DNA of 64,000 nucleotides from Balanoglossus misakiensis (taxonomy: Eukaryota > Animalia > Hemichordata), in the NCBI GenBank assembly GCA_040954595.2, contig CM082587.2, forward strand, positions 464,617 through 528,616, in the 5' to 3' direction. A program made the position numbers and the translations under genes. The notes under the pieces were generated by a model. That model was not told where the DNA came from and did not search any database. It saw nothing but the letters and a program-made list of their open reading frames with translations. Shown here piece after piece: positions 40,201 to 54,500 of the stretch; within the stretch, counting starts at the first letter, position 1; the number at the start of each line of letters is the position of its first letter.

Positions 40201-43200
40201 AAATTTTTCAGTATTTCTAATGAGATTTATGTTATGTTATAAACTGTGTTGAATTATGCCAGCTGCCCCTGTAAAGATTGTCCATTGGTGTCATTTGTAA
40301 CATAGATGTTGAACATTTACATGTTTTCTGTCAGAATGCAATGCACATGTATGATGTAATGCAACACACATCTTGCAAAGAGTTGCATGAGGTCATGCAA
40401 CCATGGAAAAGCATTAAACTTTAATGGAGGTCAGAATTACTCTTGGAGAAAAACTACAACTTTGATTACCATGGAGACCGTTTACTATCTCACATATAAA
40501 TTGACATTGGAAACCTTCATCTGTTTGCAGCTTCTGAAAAGTACGAAGCAGAATTTCTTAATACTCCCTGGAGGGGACATGGGTAGGTTTTGCATTTGTG
40601 AAGACATTTGCTGATAATTGCTAAGTGAAGTGTTTTGTTTTAAAGTTCACTGAGAATTTCATCCTAGATGATGCATGATATCATTAGGGAGAATATATTG
40701 CAACCTGATTAAGATCAAGACACCTGGAAAATTAAAATTTTGAATCTTAATCTTATTGGATAACATTTAATGTTTTGAGTACATTCATTGTCAAATCTTC
40801 TACTGTATTTTGTATCATGTCGGTGTTGTCTAGCTCTTCACAACATCTATCTACAACATTAATATTCACCTTACCCGGTAGTATAAGGCAATTACTGCAT
40901 CAATATTGTTTCTGAAATGAAACGTGAACTGTTGTTTTCTTTTCATTACTCTGCTAATTGTTCACCGTGGCTACGCGACAGCACCAACATTAACTTGTTT
41001 GGATTTGTTATAAATTATCTTGCTCTAATTATTGTTGCAGAAACGGAAATGAAATTATTAAAGATAAATGAGTGTAATTCCAGTTGACCTTCAGATATTC
41101 ATCGTTTGCAGTTTTCAATTGATTCAAGCCATTTCGATTTGAATCTATCTTTTGTGCCACAAATGACTTCCTATAAACATATCCATCATCACATCTATCA
41201 TCACACCTCTACCGGTACACGTATATTGCTGGCTGATTCTTTTACCACAAAAGAATTCAGAAGCTCTGATCAGTTAATATTCAAAGTTGAAAAACTATTG
41301 TGATTTGGCACCTGGAATGAACTGAATATGATGAATTAGTTGCCAATGTTTACGAATATCACTTCAAATATGGAAAACTACCACCTTGAGAAGCCTACCC
41401 ACAATGCACTTATTTAACACCAATCAGTAGCCTTACAGTTATCACATGACCTGAACATGTAAAAATGTGACGTGTATGCCAACACTGCATTTGCACCTGT
41501 GAGTACGCAGTTTATCGGCTGCGTACAGAGCTAGTTTATAGCTATAGGGTCAGTAAGAGAGAGAGAGATGGAGAGAGAACAAAGATGATCAAGTCGTTTC
41601 CTACATGTACATCATTATACCTGCAAAAAACGTGCACTCTCTGACACCTATATGATTTTAATAACTGACTTTAATCATATTTATGAAATATATGAGCAGT
41701 CTCATTTGATTTTGTTTCAAAGTTCAGAGTTTCATTGTGGTCTGTCTTAACCTTAACCTAATTTTAAATCTAATGGTACTCCAGGTCTTGACTGTAAGTT
41801 GTTTTGTATGCATGGCAGAAACTTGTTGAGATAGGGCCCATGTCTAATTAGCTCTAGTCCCATGAATCTAATTCAATAGGCTATTTCCACAAGTTACCAG
41901 GTAAGTGTATTGATGAGAACTGTGATTGCACCAATGCCCTGTAGACTGTTCACCATCATCTAGGCATTGTCGCTGCTGATATTGCAACCTAGAAAGGTTT
42001 TCAGACTCTGTTAGCTCATTCTTTGAACATGCCAGACAGGATGTATGCAAATTGTCACAGAACATCAGTGCTGCAGAGGTTAAACGTAATGTATTTAACA
42101 TCAGTGAAGTCGGCCAAAGTGACTCAGTTTGACTTTTTTGTGGAACTTACAGTTTGCTGGTGGCATTGCATGGCGCTGTGACTGTGATGTTGCCATCAAA
42201 GTGAAAACCTACAATGTCAGTTTGATTGCAGCGTTGATAACAGTCAGCAGAAAATGTTGCCACGAGGAGATAAAAAGTTTCTCTCCTAAATGCAAATAAA
42301 GTTTCCTCGCTAATCTCAAATCCGTCACAACCTTGACGCATTACCTGTCAATGACTTTTTTCAGCTTGATATCAGACCTGCTGAATGTCTGTCAGATTGT
42401 TTTCCTCCCTGTTATCAATTAATAAATGTATAATTTGTTTCATATTAAATCTATAAGTACTTGATTGCAAAATAGACTCTCTATCCCTCTGACCTCTCAT
42501 GTCGTTGGCCTTACGTTAATAACCTTAACAAAGGAAGGTTATCAAAGAGCTTCACTTTTGCAATTTTGTAATTTTCCAAATGGACTAAAAGTGGAAAACT
42601 GCTATTTACCACGAGTAGACAGGATGTTAGAAAATGGCAGTAATTTATCCTGGCTGAATTGGTAGCATGAAAATTGACTCCAAAATACAGAGAAATTGGC
42701 AATTCAAGAAAATGATTGCCATTTGAGTTTTGTTGGGCTATGCAGTACTAGTTTTCTATGGCAGAGTTGGACCTCAATAGAGGGAACTTGGGTGAAAGGG
42801 TAAAAAAAACCAATAACACCGTCCTGTTAGATTCTCTATCAGATCCTTGGCTTAGACTTGAACGAAATTAAAGTTTGTCAAGCAAGACCATTAAATGAAC
42901 ATGTATAGTAAAAATAAAGTGAACAATTTAGGCCAGATAGATGGCTTCTGCTGGTGCGTAGTATCGTAAAATTATATTTTTACGAGGAAATATCCTGTAA
43001 GCGGAAGATCTAAGCCAACTGCAACAGATGTTCCCGTTTCAAACAAGAGAATGGAACCGTAAAGTTTTATTGAGAAGTCAATGCTTTTGAACGCACATTA
43101 AGTTTAACTTACATGTACCGGTACATGCAGTTTATGCTAGCTGTAGGTTACAGATGGAAGATAAAATATCGAGGCCTAATAATGCCCTTAACTTGAGATA

Positions 43201-45651
43201 AATCCTTAGTTCATGTCATCGGTGGAACACGGTTTACCCGAAGGATTTTGTTAACTTGGCTTTATGTTGCATGTTGCAGTGGAAGTAAAGCGTATCAGAT
43301 TTTGAACGCATCAACTTGGCATTTTAGCACTTGTTCACTAACTGCGCTGTACATGTGTCTCTGAGGGTACAACATGTTACTTATAGATTATAACGTTTTG
43401 CAGGTATATTTGTATCAGCCGCCCTGTTATGGGTTGTGTGTGACCTTGTACATTTGTGTACTCTATTACCTAAACCTGATATTCATCAAGTCCATCTACT
43501 GAGAATGTGTATGGTACATAATCTTTGATGTAATAAACTTTAACCACTGATACTGCACATCATGGTATTAAGCTAGACACAAGCAAATTAGTTTCATTTG
43601 GACAAAACTGTGCTCAAAATGTGACTGATGAGGAAAAAGTTAAAATGTTTTCTATAAATAATTTAGAAGGAATTGGAATGGGAAGGGAGAATTTTAATGT
43701 GCTCCAATGCAAACAAAGACACAGAAAAAAATCATCCCAACATGGTGGGAGGTAGTTTGGGGTCACTTTCAATCGTTCAGGTTTAAGGCATTCACTGACC
43801 TCACTTTCTTCGGCATGTACGGGCGCTATACTTCAGATAGAAAGTTTTAAACAAAGGAGATTACCAAGTGTGTTAACACATTCTTGCAGTTTTATTCGCA
43901 AAATATTTAGAGTTTCATGTAAGTGTACATACTGTAACATTACATGTATAGCCATTTGTGATAGACTCTTGAAAAGCCCATGAAGGTTAATTCTTTGTCT
44001 GCATAGAGACAAGGTTCCATTTTCACGTGGGATTAAACACATTACCCATAATAACGGAAGTAGTATAACAATAGCTTGATCCGTAATTCCATCTGTGGCT
44101 TCCAAGGATACAGCTGAATGAAATACCTGAGAGAACAAATTCTGTGATGTAGACTTTATCCCGTGTCTGTCTCCTTTCATGAAGTCCTCGGTTGGGCCTT
44201 CTGAAAGCCACAATTACCTTAACATACATATTAAGTACCATGGCAAAAGGGAGTTATATAAACCCTTCCTTGCGTCATAGGATTTGCTGAATTGTTGCGA
44301 ATAAAAGTAAGTGTTAGTCTTAAAAAATAAGCGAGAAAAACTACCTGCTGAGTTTAAATTGCAGCATTTATGGGTTTGAACATGTTCTGTGATTGAAGAG
44401 GTTCATTTTCATTTGAATGGCTGCAGATCACCTGTAAACTGATGCAAAATAGGCCGTCATTACTATTGCAAGAAAATAGTCTGTCAGATTGGCTGATATT
44501 ATTGTCAGAATGAAAACTGTCCAATTTGTTCGCAACAAATGAGAATTAGTCTCTTGCAATCTCAGTGGAGGATGTATAAAGGAAGAAATCACGGTAGCAA
44601 AGTAATAATTCTGGCTGATGCACACTGCATGAACTTTGTACAAAGTCCAAAACTACATATCAACAATCTGACAGCCTCCATCATCCATGATACAGAAGTT
44701 TACCTTCAATTTTCTCATGTAAAGCCTCATACAACATATTTAAGGTTTTATTTTAATAATAACTCGAAAAGTAATAATATAGTTTGCTTCAAATTAATAT
44801 TTTATACGTGTACAGTCTTATCTTCTTTGATTTTTCCAGTTTATCGGCAAAGTGTCTCTACCAGTATCAGATTTTCAGTTTCATCTTTGTTGTGGATGAC
44901 TCATGAAAGATTCAACTGGCATATCTTGGGCCATTCATAGCCTCAGCCGGCCATTGGTAGGAGTTGATACAAATCATTACAGCTTCCCCAGGGAGTCCCC
45001 ACAACCTGATTTATCCCCAAATTAGATCCCATGAAAAACTCTGACTTAACCAAAGTTGAAATGTTGCCGGCTCTATTGAAGTAATAACATTAGCTTAGCA
45101 GTGCTGATCCCCAATTGGTGTAGCTCATTGAGGGTCTGACGCAAATCACCTGGAATTTTCGATGTGGATATTGCCAATTTAGAAGCAGTCTGCAGATACA
45201 TAACAACTTGCTTGAAGGATTACATAGAAACCAAAAGGTCATGTTCTTTAAATGTAAACTGGAATCTTTTTTTCATCCAAATGTAATTTAACATGTGTTC
45301 CAATAAAACTGCATGTTAGTGGGTAGATTCTCTTCACTGTACTTTTTATGCAATGTTTTCACAGGCATTTTTCTTTTATTTACAAATTTGGCTTGGCTGT
45401 TTAAGAGGTTAGGAGTGTCATGGCAGATTCACAAATGTGTCATTTATCTGACATACAATCATGCATGAGACATACAGCATTGCTTTTGTTGATTTGTGAA
45501 ATTCTGTCATTTCAACAGATCATTACCGATTAGCAACAGTCAAATCTACTAAAGATTGAATGTGTTTATCTTCCTTAAGTCAAAAATCTGTTCTGCACCA
45601 CCATATGTTGCATAAGATATTTCCAAGAAAAGTGTGAGAAAACATCAGTTT

Positions 45652-46005
45652 CAAAGGTGGTTGTTTTACCACTGGAATAGATACATTTGTACCTGTAGGC
45701 TCTGTAAGCTCCATTTCCATGGAAACATTTAGGATTGAACCATTTCTTTTGCAGATTTACGAATGAAACTTTTGTTTAATGTACAATTGTGTTAGTATAC
45801 CTAACATAGACACACACACACTATTCTGCCGTACAATACGTTTCTTTTGATATTTCCAGGACAAAGTTTTCATAATCTGACAACAGATATTGATATATAA
45901 TCTTTAATGTCAAAGAATGGCTGTGTTGCCACTGGGATTGAATAGCTTCTGTAAGCTCCATTTCCATGGAAACAGTCAGTATTAAACCATTTTCTTGGAA
46001 TTTCC
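45652..46005 (+). repeat. diverged local direct duplication (~100 bp units at ~45652-45758 and ~45910-46005)
   Basis: Identical 27-mer TCTGTAAGCTCCATTTCCATGGAAACA at 45701-45727 and 45948-45974, with alignable flanks (TCAAAG..TGG.TGT.TT.CCACTGG upstream, ATT.AACCATTT downstream). Confidence 0.8.
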
Positions 46006-49000
46006 AAATGATTTGTGTATTGAAGACATACATACAAGCAATTTGCATAAAGAGCAACCCCAGGGAAGAATCGGGGAGACAAAAAAAGTACATGGTCAGG
46101 TTTTCCACTGATTCAGGTTTTACGAAGTTTTAATTGAGAAGCGTTTTTCCACAAAGAAATCTTTTGACATTAAAATAAAAACGTATGAAATATGATGATA
46201 CCCAGTGGCATTGAAAGAGGAAGAATAATGGAAAATGGTTTGATAAGTGAAATATAATATCACCATAATGATTATTGTTTCATGGGAAACGAAATCGAAC
46301 AGACCTTTTATCTGATTAAAAAACAACTCTGATAAGACTCAATGAGAACTTCTTAATGTGAAATCCCATGCAAAAAATGATCTTGTTTCTCATTAAATGA
46401 TTGCTTGGTACTGATAGTGGTGGATAGTGTGTCTTGTGAAGAAAGATGTCAATCAAAAATGGTAAAAATACTCATCCTGAATGAAAATATCCATAACAGA
46501 ACTACGGTATGCATAACAGTGTAATCTCTTGTATAACTTATTACATCCCAGTTTCTTTGACAGCAAGATAGTTAGTGGTCACTTCAGAAGATTAAACTTT
46601 GTTGACGATCAAATTGGATTTTCGTTTTTGAAGCAAGATAACACTCAAATTTCCAGTATCTCCATAAAGGTGGAGTTATTGCATTTGATAATTGAAGCAT
46701 TTTTCCTCGCTTCTCATTATGAATGATATGATCTATTAAGTATTAATTGGGAGAGAGGCTTTTTTTGTAAAGGGTTTCAACAGTTTTGTTGTCCTTGGCC
46801 ATAGAGAATATTGTCTGTGATCACTTGTACTCACCCAGATCTCAAGCAATTGTGTTCCAACTGATCAACACACAGTCAACATACTGAAATTAAGATTCAT
46901 CAAACACTACTACAGGAACCTGCAACACTTGAGTTAAAATCTGTGGTGTGCAGTTTGTTATGTTCCTTTCTTTCTGAGAACAGTGAGTAATCAGGAACTA
47001 TACAGAGATAGAGATCTTGAAATTGCCAACTGTAATCTTATGGTGCCAATTTTATGGCTTGTCATTAGGATTACTTCAATGTCAGGCCCATTAAATCCAG
47101 TCGAATTGAAATCTTCAGAAAACTAATTTGTTTTCTTATACATTTCATCAAGTGTAAATGGGGAGAGGAGATAAAGGTCTGGTATATACCAGCTTTATCC
47201 GAGCAAGACCCAGTCAGTCTGTAATTGTCTTTGCCACATATGTTAAGTATTATATTTACCATCATTTTCAGAAATCTCCAAGTGGGTGGAATATATTTTT
47301 TTATTCCACTCACATAGCACAACATTCCAAAACCCCAACAGCCCAGAAATGCACAATCAACTGTCGTCCAAATTCACAGAGGAGTGTTATAATTGATAGA
47401 TTAAGTCAAAGCAGGTCACTCTGTACTGAATAAATATTTTGTTGTCGACCAATCCATTTCTTTCAGCGGCAACTCAAGGCCAGAAGTTCTGAGAATCTCT
47501 CGGATGGTACAGATCTACAAATCAAGATATCAATCAAACGATCACTTCCGCTGAAGACTAATGTTTTTAAATGTCATCAATCATGACAATGTGAATTTCT
47601 GCATGGACTTTTGCCATAAATCAGTGAGTGAAACAGGGGATGTTGCTAGTTTTGATGTATCTAGGTGTAGAAGGCAGATATGTATGATATCAGGGAGTGT
47701 TGGCTTTTTTTGCAGACTGTAAGTGATTGGCAGTTATACACACATATTAGAAGATTTACATTTGGCATCTCTGCCACAAATAATTCCTAAAAGCTATTCG
47801 GCACCATCTCCTTAGGAATCCAAACATTATTGACCTTGCCAACATATTAGACTCTAGCTGGTTTGCAAAAACCTAATACGATTCAAACATGTATATGCCG
47901 CCCCACATCATCACTTAGTCGGTGTCTGACCTATTAATGGCTGACCCTAAAAGACTTTCTTTTTCAGAGAGAGAGAGAGAGAGGGTAATTTCAGGGCTTA
48001 GGAAAATCATGTGTATTATAATGGGATGCCAACTGTGCTGAGCGTATATCCAATTTTCACCTGACTTGAGCACGGATAATGAGGTAGCTAGCATTTGGTG
48101 GCTGACTTCATTATAGTTTATGAAGGCTAGGAATTGTATGACCAAGCATGGTAGATATCTTGGATGTCTTCTGAATATATGTCATTCCTCATTTTGGCAT
48201 TGAATTATTCTCATATAATGATTAAGATGGAGCTTTTATATTGATGGGGTTACTTTATTTGTAACTATAGATTTGAAGTTATAATTTTAAGCAAAAAAAT
48301 GTCACTTTTTGTCATATGTATATCGTTAAAAAAACTAACTTCAAAAGTGGTTGCTAAAAGTTACTGCTGTTTCATTCAAAATATTCTGAAGAAGAATAAA
48401 AAGATGCTGTTTTTGCCGAGTTTTCTGGTTGCATCAATACATGCCCTTAACATCCTGTCCAGATGGTACAGCAACAGTCTGTTCAGCCAACAGAAACCTT
48501 GGCCAGTATTCAGTGTTTTTCAGAGATTATGTGCAGTTTATATTCAACCCATGTAGCATTTGGTAGGCCTCATTTACTGAATTAAATTACAATTTAGAGT
48601 CAGGTGAAACTGATTAAATCAGAACAGATCTCCATTATGGCACGCTGAATAGGCACAAGATGAAACAAATTATAGAATTCATATGGAAGTTCTGATCTCA
48701 TCAAAATGACTGGTCGGTTTTTCTTGTTTGAAAATGTGCAGAGATTAGTCTGACTGATGTTATCACTTGCTACTGTCATGTTTCTAATTCTGCTCACTTG
48801 TACAAATTTTATGCAAACAAAAGATTCATCGGTAAAAGATAACCTCAAAACAACGTTAACATCACTTTTGTAAAGGTGGGGAGTTCTCTGGCAGTGTGTT
48901 GCAAGTCTTCATTGGGATATCTACCATCTACATTTTGTCAGTGATAATAAAATAATGATGTAGCAATGAAGTTAGCATTATCAACAATGGTATTTGATCA

Positions 49001-51505
49001 GTTTATTCCAGTTGCACCTTTGACTCCAATTAATTATCACAGAGACTGCATAAAGTGTAGTCTTTTCTCCATTAACATTCTTTAGTCCCCACGAATGTAT
49101 CTAGTTAGGGTGTTAATCATGGTTATTTCCAATCAAATAGTAATTTCAATCATTTTTTACATATCACAATTATGGTCTGTGCATACAGAAGCTGAAGCTT
49201 CACTTTGAAATACTATCCTTCATCTTTGATAATAAATACATGATGTGTGTAAATGTACGGTAAATGGTTCGATGAGTTTCTAAAACTGAAATCAGTGCTT
49301 TTCATATTGCCATCACAGTTGGAACTGGATTCAACAACTTTGAAGTGGTGATAGGAAGTGATTTCTCTGGATTTATGAAAAAAGCGCAATCATTTCTACT
49401 TGTTCCTGTTTAGTATTGCGCTGAATAACTAAGTATAAAAGCATACAAGTGAGAAGTCAGGATATCTCTAAGATACTCATTTGTTTTCACTGTAGAGCTT
49501 CCATTCACATTCATTTAGCTTAATACATCAAAGTACTACATAGCTCCTATATATCTTACTTATTTTGATGGAGTGGAGATCTTCTTGTGACTAGAGTAAA
49601 CGGTGATATTCTCTGAATAATGTAGAAGCAATTTAAGTTCACCTACTCTCTGAAGATTTTATGATAAATCATCACTTTAACAACTTTTGGACTCTTAATG
49701 CTACTTTAAATGAATGCATTCACCAACTGCATCACAAGCAAGAAACTATCCTCCCAGTGTCATTTTATGGCTCTTGTCAACAGTATCAAACAATTTGAAG
49801 TTAACTTATTTGATAAATATTTCAATCATGAAGTTTAACAACAGTGTCAACAAGAACCTACATGAAACCCCAGAATTTGCAGTGTGGACCATGCAATTTA
49901 TCAAATCAGACTGACATATGCAATACTTTGTAGCTATGGTTTATACAACCATGAGATAAATGGTGTTACTACACCCCGTGATCTTAGAGCATCAGAGAGC
50001 AAAGAGCATAATCAATTCTGAAAGATATTCTGACCTTTAGAAAGAGAAATGGGTCTAATTGGTGATAAGATTCTCACTCATCAGTTTGTCTGATACAGTG
50101 ATGGAAAGGTGGCGTTCACAGATGTGTGAATGTGTCCAAATCAATTGAATGGATGATTTGATGATGTGTTGCTCTGTTTTTACAGAGGCACCCCCCCCTC
50201 CCCCATTGATGATAAACGTGATGTGTAACAGACAATGTGGATGGAGATAAAAAGACTGGAAAGATCCATGTGCTAGGTGGTTTTATAAAATGATTAATAT
50301 CATCTAATTAAAAGTTTGTACTTTACTAGTCATTGTTCTTTATTGTTGCTACACAAGGCAGTTGTCAATTTTACCAGGTCAGATTTTAGAACATGCTGAG
50401 TTGCTGATAACCTGCATGTGTCTGTAAAGGAACATTTTTTCATCAAAAATTCATTAAGCACTCCGGATGTATGCGTACTTTCACTCATTTGAATTATAAA
50501 CAATATGACCGTTAACCTTTAAACTCTCAATTAAATTTAACCTGTAATTTAATTAATATCATCCTTGAATAGCCCATTCATTAGAAAATCACAATCAATA
50601 ATGTAGTAATACATGTGTGAATGCTTGAATTGTGTCTAATCTTTCTGATTAATTAGGAACTCAAAAGTGTGATAAGTGAGTTTCTTGGTGTGTTACTATG
50701 GTAGATTATCAGAACAAATTGACTTGAATTATTGGCTTGACCACAGCCATTAATGTAATTACAAAGTTTCACACATCAGTTTATCTCCTGGTGCAGAAAA
50801 CAATCAATTGCACATAGTATCCTTATTACTAGCAATGGTCAGTTTAGTGAGTAATACTTTCTTTTTACATGTACTGTATTGGCATAAAATATGCCGCACT
50901 CATTGTAAATGTACTTTTAATACACATTTTGACTTTTTAAAAAGTTTGCAGAGTTTAACTTTATTATTTGGTGGTTGCTGAGATGAGTACCAAGATATTA
51001 CCCCAGTGGTCTTAATTGTTGTTTTCTCCTGGTCGTCTGTGCTTTTGCAATCTTTCAGTTGCAGTATCCGGTCCTGTCCAGATGGTCTCTCAAATTAGAG
51101 GAATGGGTGATCCATCCAGGATCTTGAACCACTGGCTTTTCTCACTCCTCTGTATGTCGGCATCTTGAAAGGAAAATAATGTGATAGGTTAAAAGACTCT
51201 CACCGATACTCTCCCTGATGCATCTAACATGTGAGATGCTGATTCACATCTAATCAACAAATTGTAGTGTTAAGGGAATGGCTGAATAATTCTTGGCGCG
51301 TTGGCCGAGACTCAAACATCATATGGTGACTTCATGTCTTATTCAAGAAATTCATAAATTCTTTAGATGCATGCCAGTTTTGTTGTTAGCTCACATTTAT
51401 TTGCTGCAGCAGATGTGGGAGGTGATGTGATCAGCCTCTTGTCAGTAAATTTGCCTCTCATAGGACACACACATGCATATTGCTATGTATGTGCCAGTGT
51501 GTGTG

Positions 51506-51507
<2 letters not shown>

Positions 51508-51569
<62 letters not shown>
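51508..51569 (+). repeat. (GT)31 microsatellite
   Basis: Read directly; it is the source of the CVCV/HTHT ORFs. Confidence 0.97.
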
Positions 51570-51571
<2 letters not shown>

Positions 51572-54500
51572 CGGTATGTATGTATCAAATGGGAGTACAA
51601 TATTCATCGTGGATGCTATTTTTTTAAACCCTCTGGGAATTTTCAACAAACCATATATCTGAATTGGTAATTGTGCATTAATTCATTTTATCCATTTTAA
51701 TACAATGTTTATTTATAAATTGACTTCAAAGTTCACAAAATGTGCCTGAGGAAACACTACTCATTTGAAGAAAAGTAGGAAGAGATTTTATCATTTATTC
51801 TTGTTTATACATAATGTATGCTTTAATTATATAAATTCTGATTTTATTCAGATATTCAGTTTCTTGCCTCTAGTTCAGGATTCTCTGATCTGTAACTTTT
51901 AGATTTGAAGTTTATATAATTATACTAATGGACAGTTGGTCGATTTAGCATGTAGATTTCCAGATGGTAAATGAAGTGATGCAATCTGGTGGGACTTCTG
52001 TGGTCATGTCTGATTTTGTCCACTCTACATGCAGAAAAAATGATGCACTGGTAGTCCAGTATGGTATACCATCTATGGTTCATCTTATTCTAAAACTTTT
52101 TGCTTGCAATAATTCCCGGTAAAACATCTTCATACACATGAGTTAAGACCAACTCCAATTTTGTAACCTCCATGAAGTGCTAGCGTGCATAAGTAATATT
52201 ACAAAATGCAATAAAACTGTATTTACATAATTTAAAGGTCATAAAAGTTTATCAGCTAAGTTCTGATCAAAGGGAAACAGGTGTGTGATTTATTGTGTTT
52301 TCACACATAATGTATCAGTCGGACACAGGCTATACAAGAGTCCAATATGCACTGAATTAACAAACATTTTAGAAATGTTCCATCAGCAACAACCATGTGA
52401 AATATTCTGTTTGCTGAGAGACAGTGTGCTAGAACCTGCAATGAATGAATGTATAAGACTGAACACCCACGTGCAGACCATTTGAACCTGTCCACCTACT
52501 CAGCTTACTTGATGACAATTCATGTTCCGACAGTTCAGTCTGAAGTGAATTTAACTGAAGTCATTATCTTAAGCTCTGAAAATGAGATGGGTTTGTTTCC
52601 TTAATTTACACATAAACTTGTATTTGTACAGTTAGCCGGATTCATGCTGGAGGCTCTGGACAGGTTTCCCTGGACATTTGGAAAACATTTATAGAAGTTG
52701 AAACATTGTAAATAATTAACTGTGGTGATGGTTGGATATACTTGTTTTTTTCTATGCATTCCACTGAATCGCTGTCAAAGATAAAATGTTCATAGAATAT
52801 AGTGTATTTAAGGGATTATTTTGGGTTTAATTGTTTCCTATTTGATGGCTATGATGACTTATAATGGCATAGGTTATGGACATTATTTCCATCTTTCCAG
52901 GTTTGGAAGTCGTCTTCTTGTCTTCACAGGAATCTACAAATAGTCAGATTCAAGAATTTACTGACATCCATGGAAACCATGAAACATTGCTTAGTAACAC
53001 AGTAATGTAAATGGCTTCCCCCAATGACGCCTGTATCGTTTGTCCAATTTCCTTCTGCGGAAATACCGTCTCCATGCCTTCTTTGTAGCTTGTCATTCAA
53101 CTGTTTATGTTTAACTCTGTGTGTATGAGTTTGAGATCTGAAATGCCATTGCAATCAATCTTACCACAGGTAGTGCAAAAATGGCATTTTTTGGTAATAA
53201 TAGAAGCGTTATGTGAATGAGAAAGATAAAATTTGTGACAAGTTTACCAGATTCATTCTTCTGTCCGAATTTACATCAGTATACTCACAGAGATAATTAT
53301 TCATAGACTAAACTTTGCGGCAAAGTATTTTGAATGATGATCTAGCTGCTGGAGAGAGCTGTCCAGACTATAGAATTTTAGACGGATGATAAACAAGCTG
53401 ATGATTATTGCAGCCAGGGTTTGAAAATAGTTGAACAATTGATATTTAATGAAATAATGTGGTAACATGGTTGAGTGGAAGCATGCAGACATGAGACATT
53501 ACGGCAGTGGAAGTTTCTGTGAACTTAAGATTAAGACATTCATTAATTTTCCGAGTTTTATACAACATTTGATACTGAGACACAGTCGCTAACTTTCAAT
53601 CTCATTAGTTCTGCTGTCAGCAATGCAGATCTTAACAGATAGGTTGATTATCCATCAGCATGTAGACTGCAGATCTTCTGAGAAACTACTGATCAAACCG
53701 CTTTGATGGTATCCAGGTCCCAGGTGTGATCCAAGTCAGTTTAGTTTGTCCCCAAGGATGAAGTTCATGGGGGACTTAATGGATTAGGCTCTTTTTGTCC
53801 ATCTGGAGCCATTATGCTCAGACATGCCTGGACTGATTTTATTTGAACTTGGTTCAAAGTCGACATACAAGGATGTATGTATGCACATGAATTTATTTTT
53901 CTGTGTGATCCAATATGACCATCATGCAGCCACTTTGTTACTATGGTTTTATCATGCCCAGTGCCATTACTTACATATGCATGGACTTCTGCATCCAAAG
54001 TGTGCATATGTGTGTATGTGTGTGTGTAAAACTGCCAGGATTTTTTTATTTACTAGGCATGTGCTTTCCAAACTTCTGTCAATCAGAATTTGGGAATTAT
54101 TCTATTACTGACAAAACTAGGCATGATTCTATTTGCTTAATTACTTAAGTGAGTTTTTGGCCAATATCCCAGATTTAATTAAATGCAAGTTGTATATTAG
54201 GTGGATAATTAATCCAATTAATGCTGGAGATAACAAGTGAACGATGTATCAGATACAGTGTGGTTTCAGAGATGAATTTGTTGGACTGCACTTGCTGTGC
54301 TCAAGGTTTTTTCTTTAACTTTTTTAGTTCCTTCTGGTTTGCAGTGTATGAGTTGTAACTGTTACACTTGGTTTTGCATTTTGAATGCCCAATTGTGAGG
54401 AAGAGAGAGGGTTTGATATACACAAAGACATGGTTAACTGCCGGTAGTATCAGTACATATAACACAACACAACACAACAAAACAGTTCATTACATAAAAA

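Noticed and set aside
51367-51670. ORFs with CVCVCV or HTHTHT runs
   Set aside because: Translations of the (GT)31 microsatellite.
53721-53790. CAG-G-TGT-GAT-CCA as candidate GABBR1 exon 2 (CDP)
   Set aside because: The acceptor is one base out of phase, there is no pyrimidine tract, and the continuation (CDPSQFSLSPRMKFMGDLMD-stop) does not resemble GABA-B R1.
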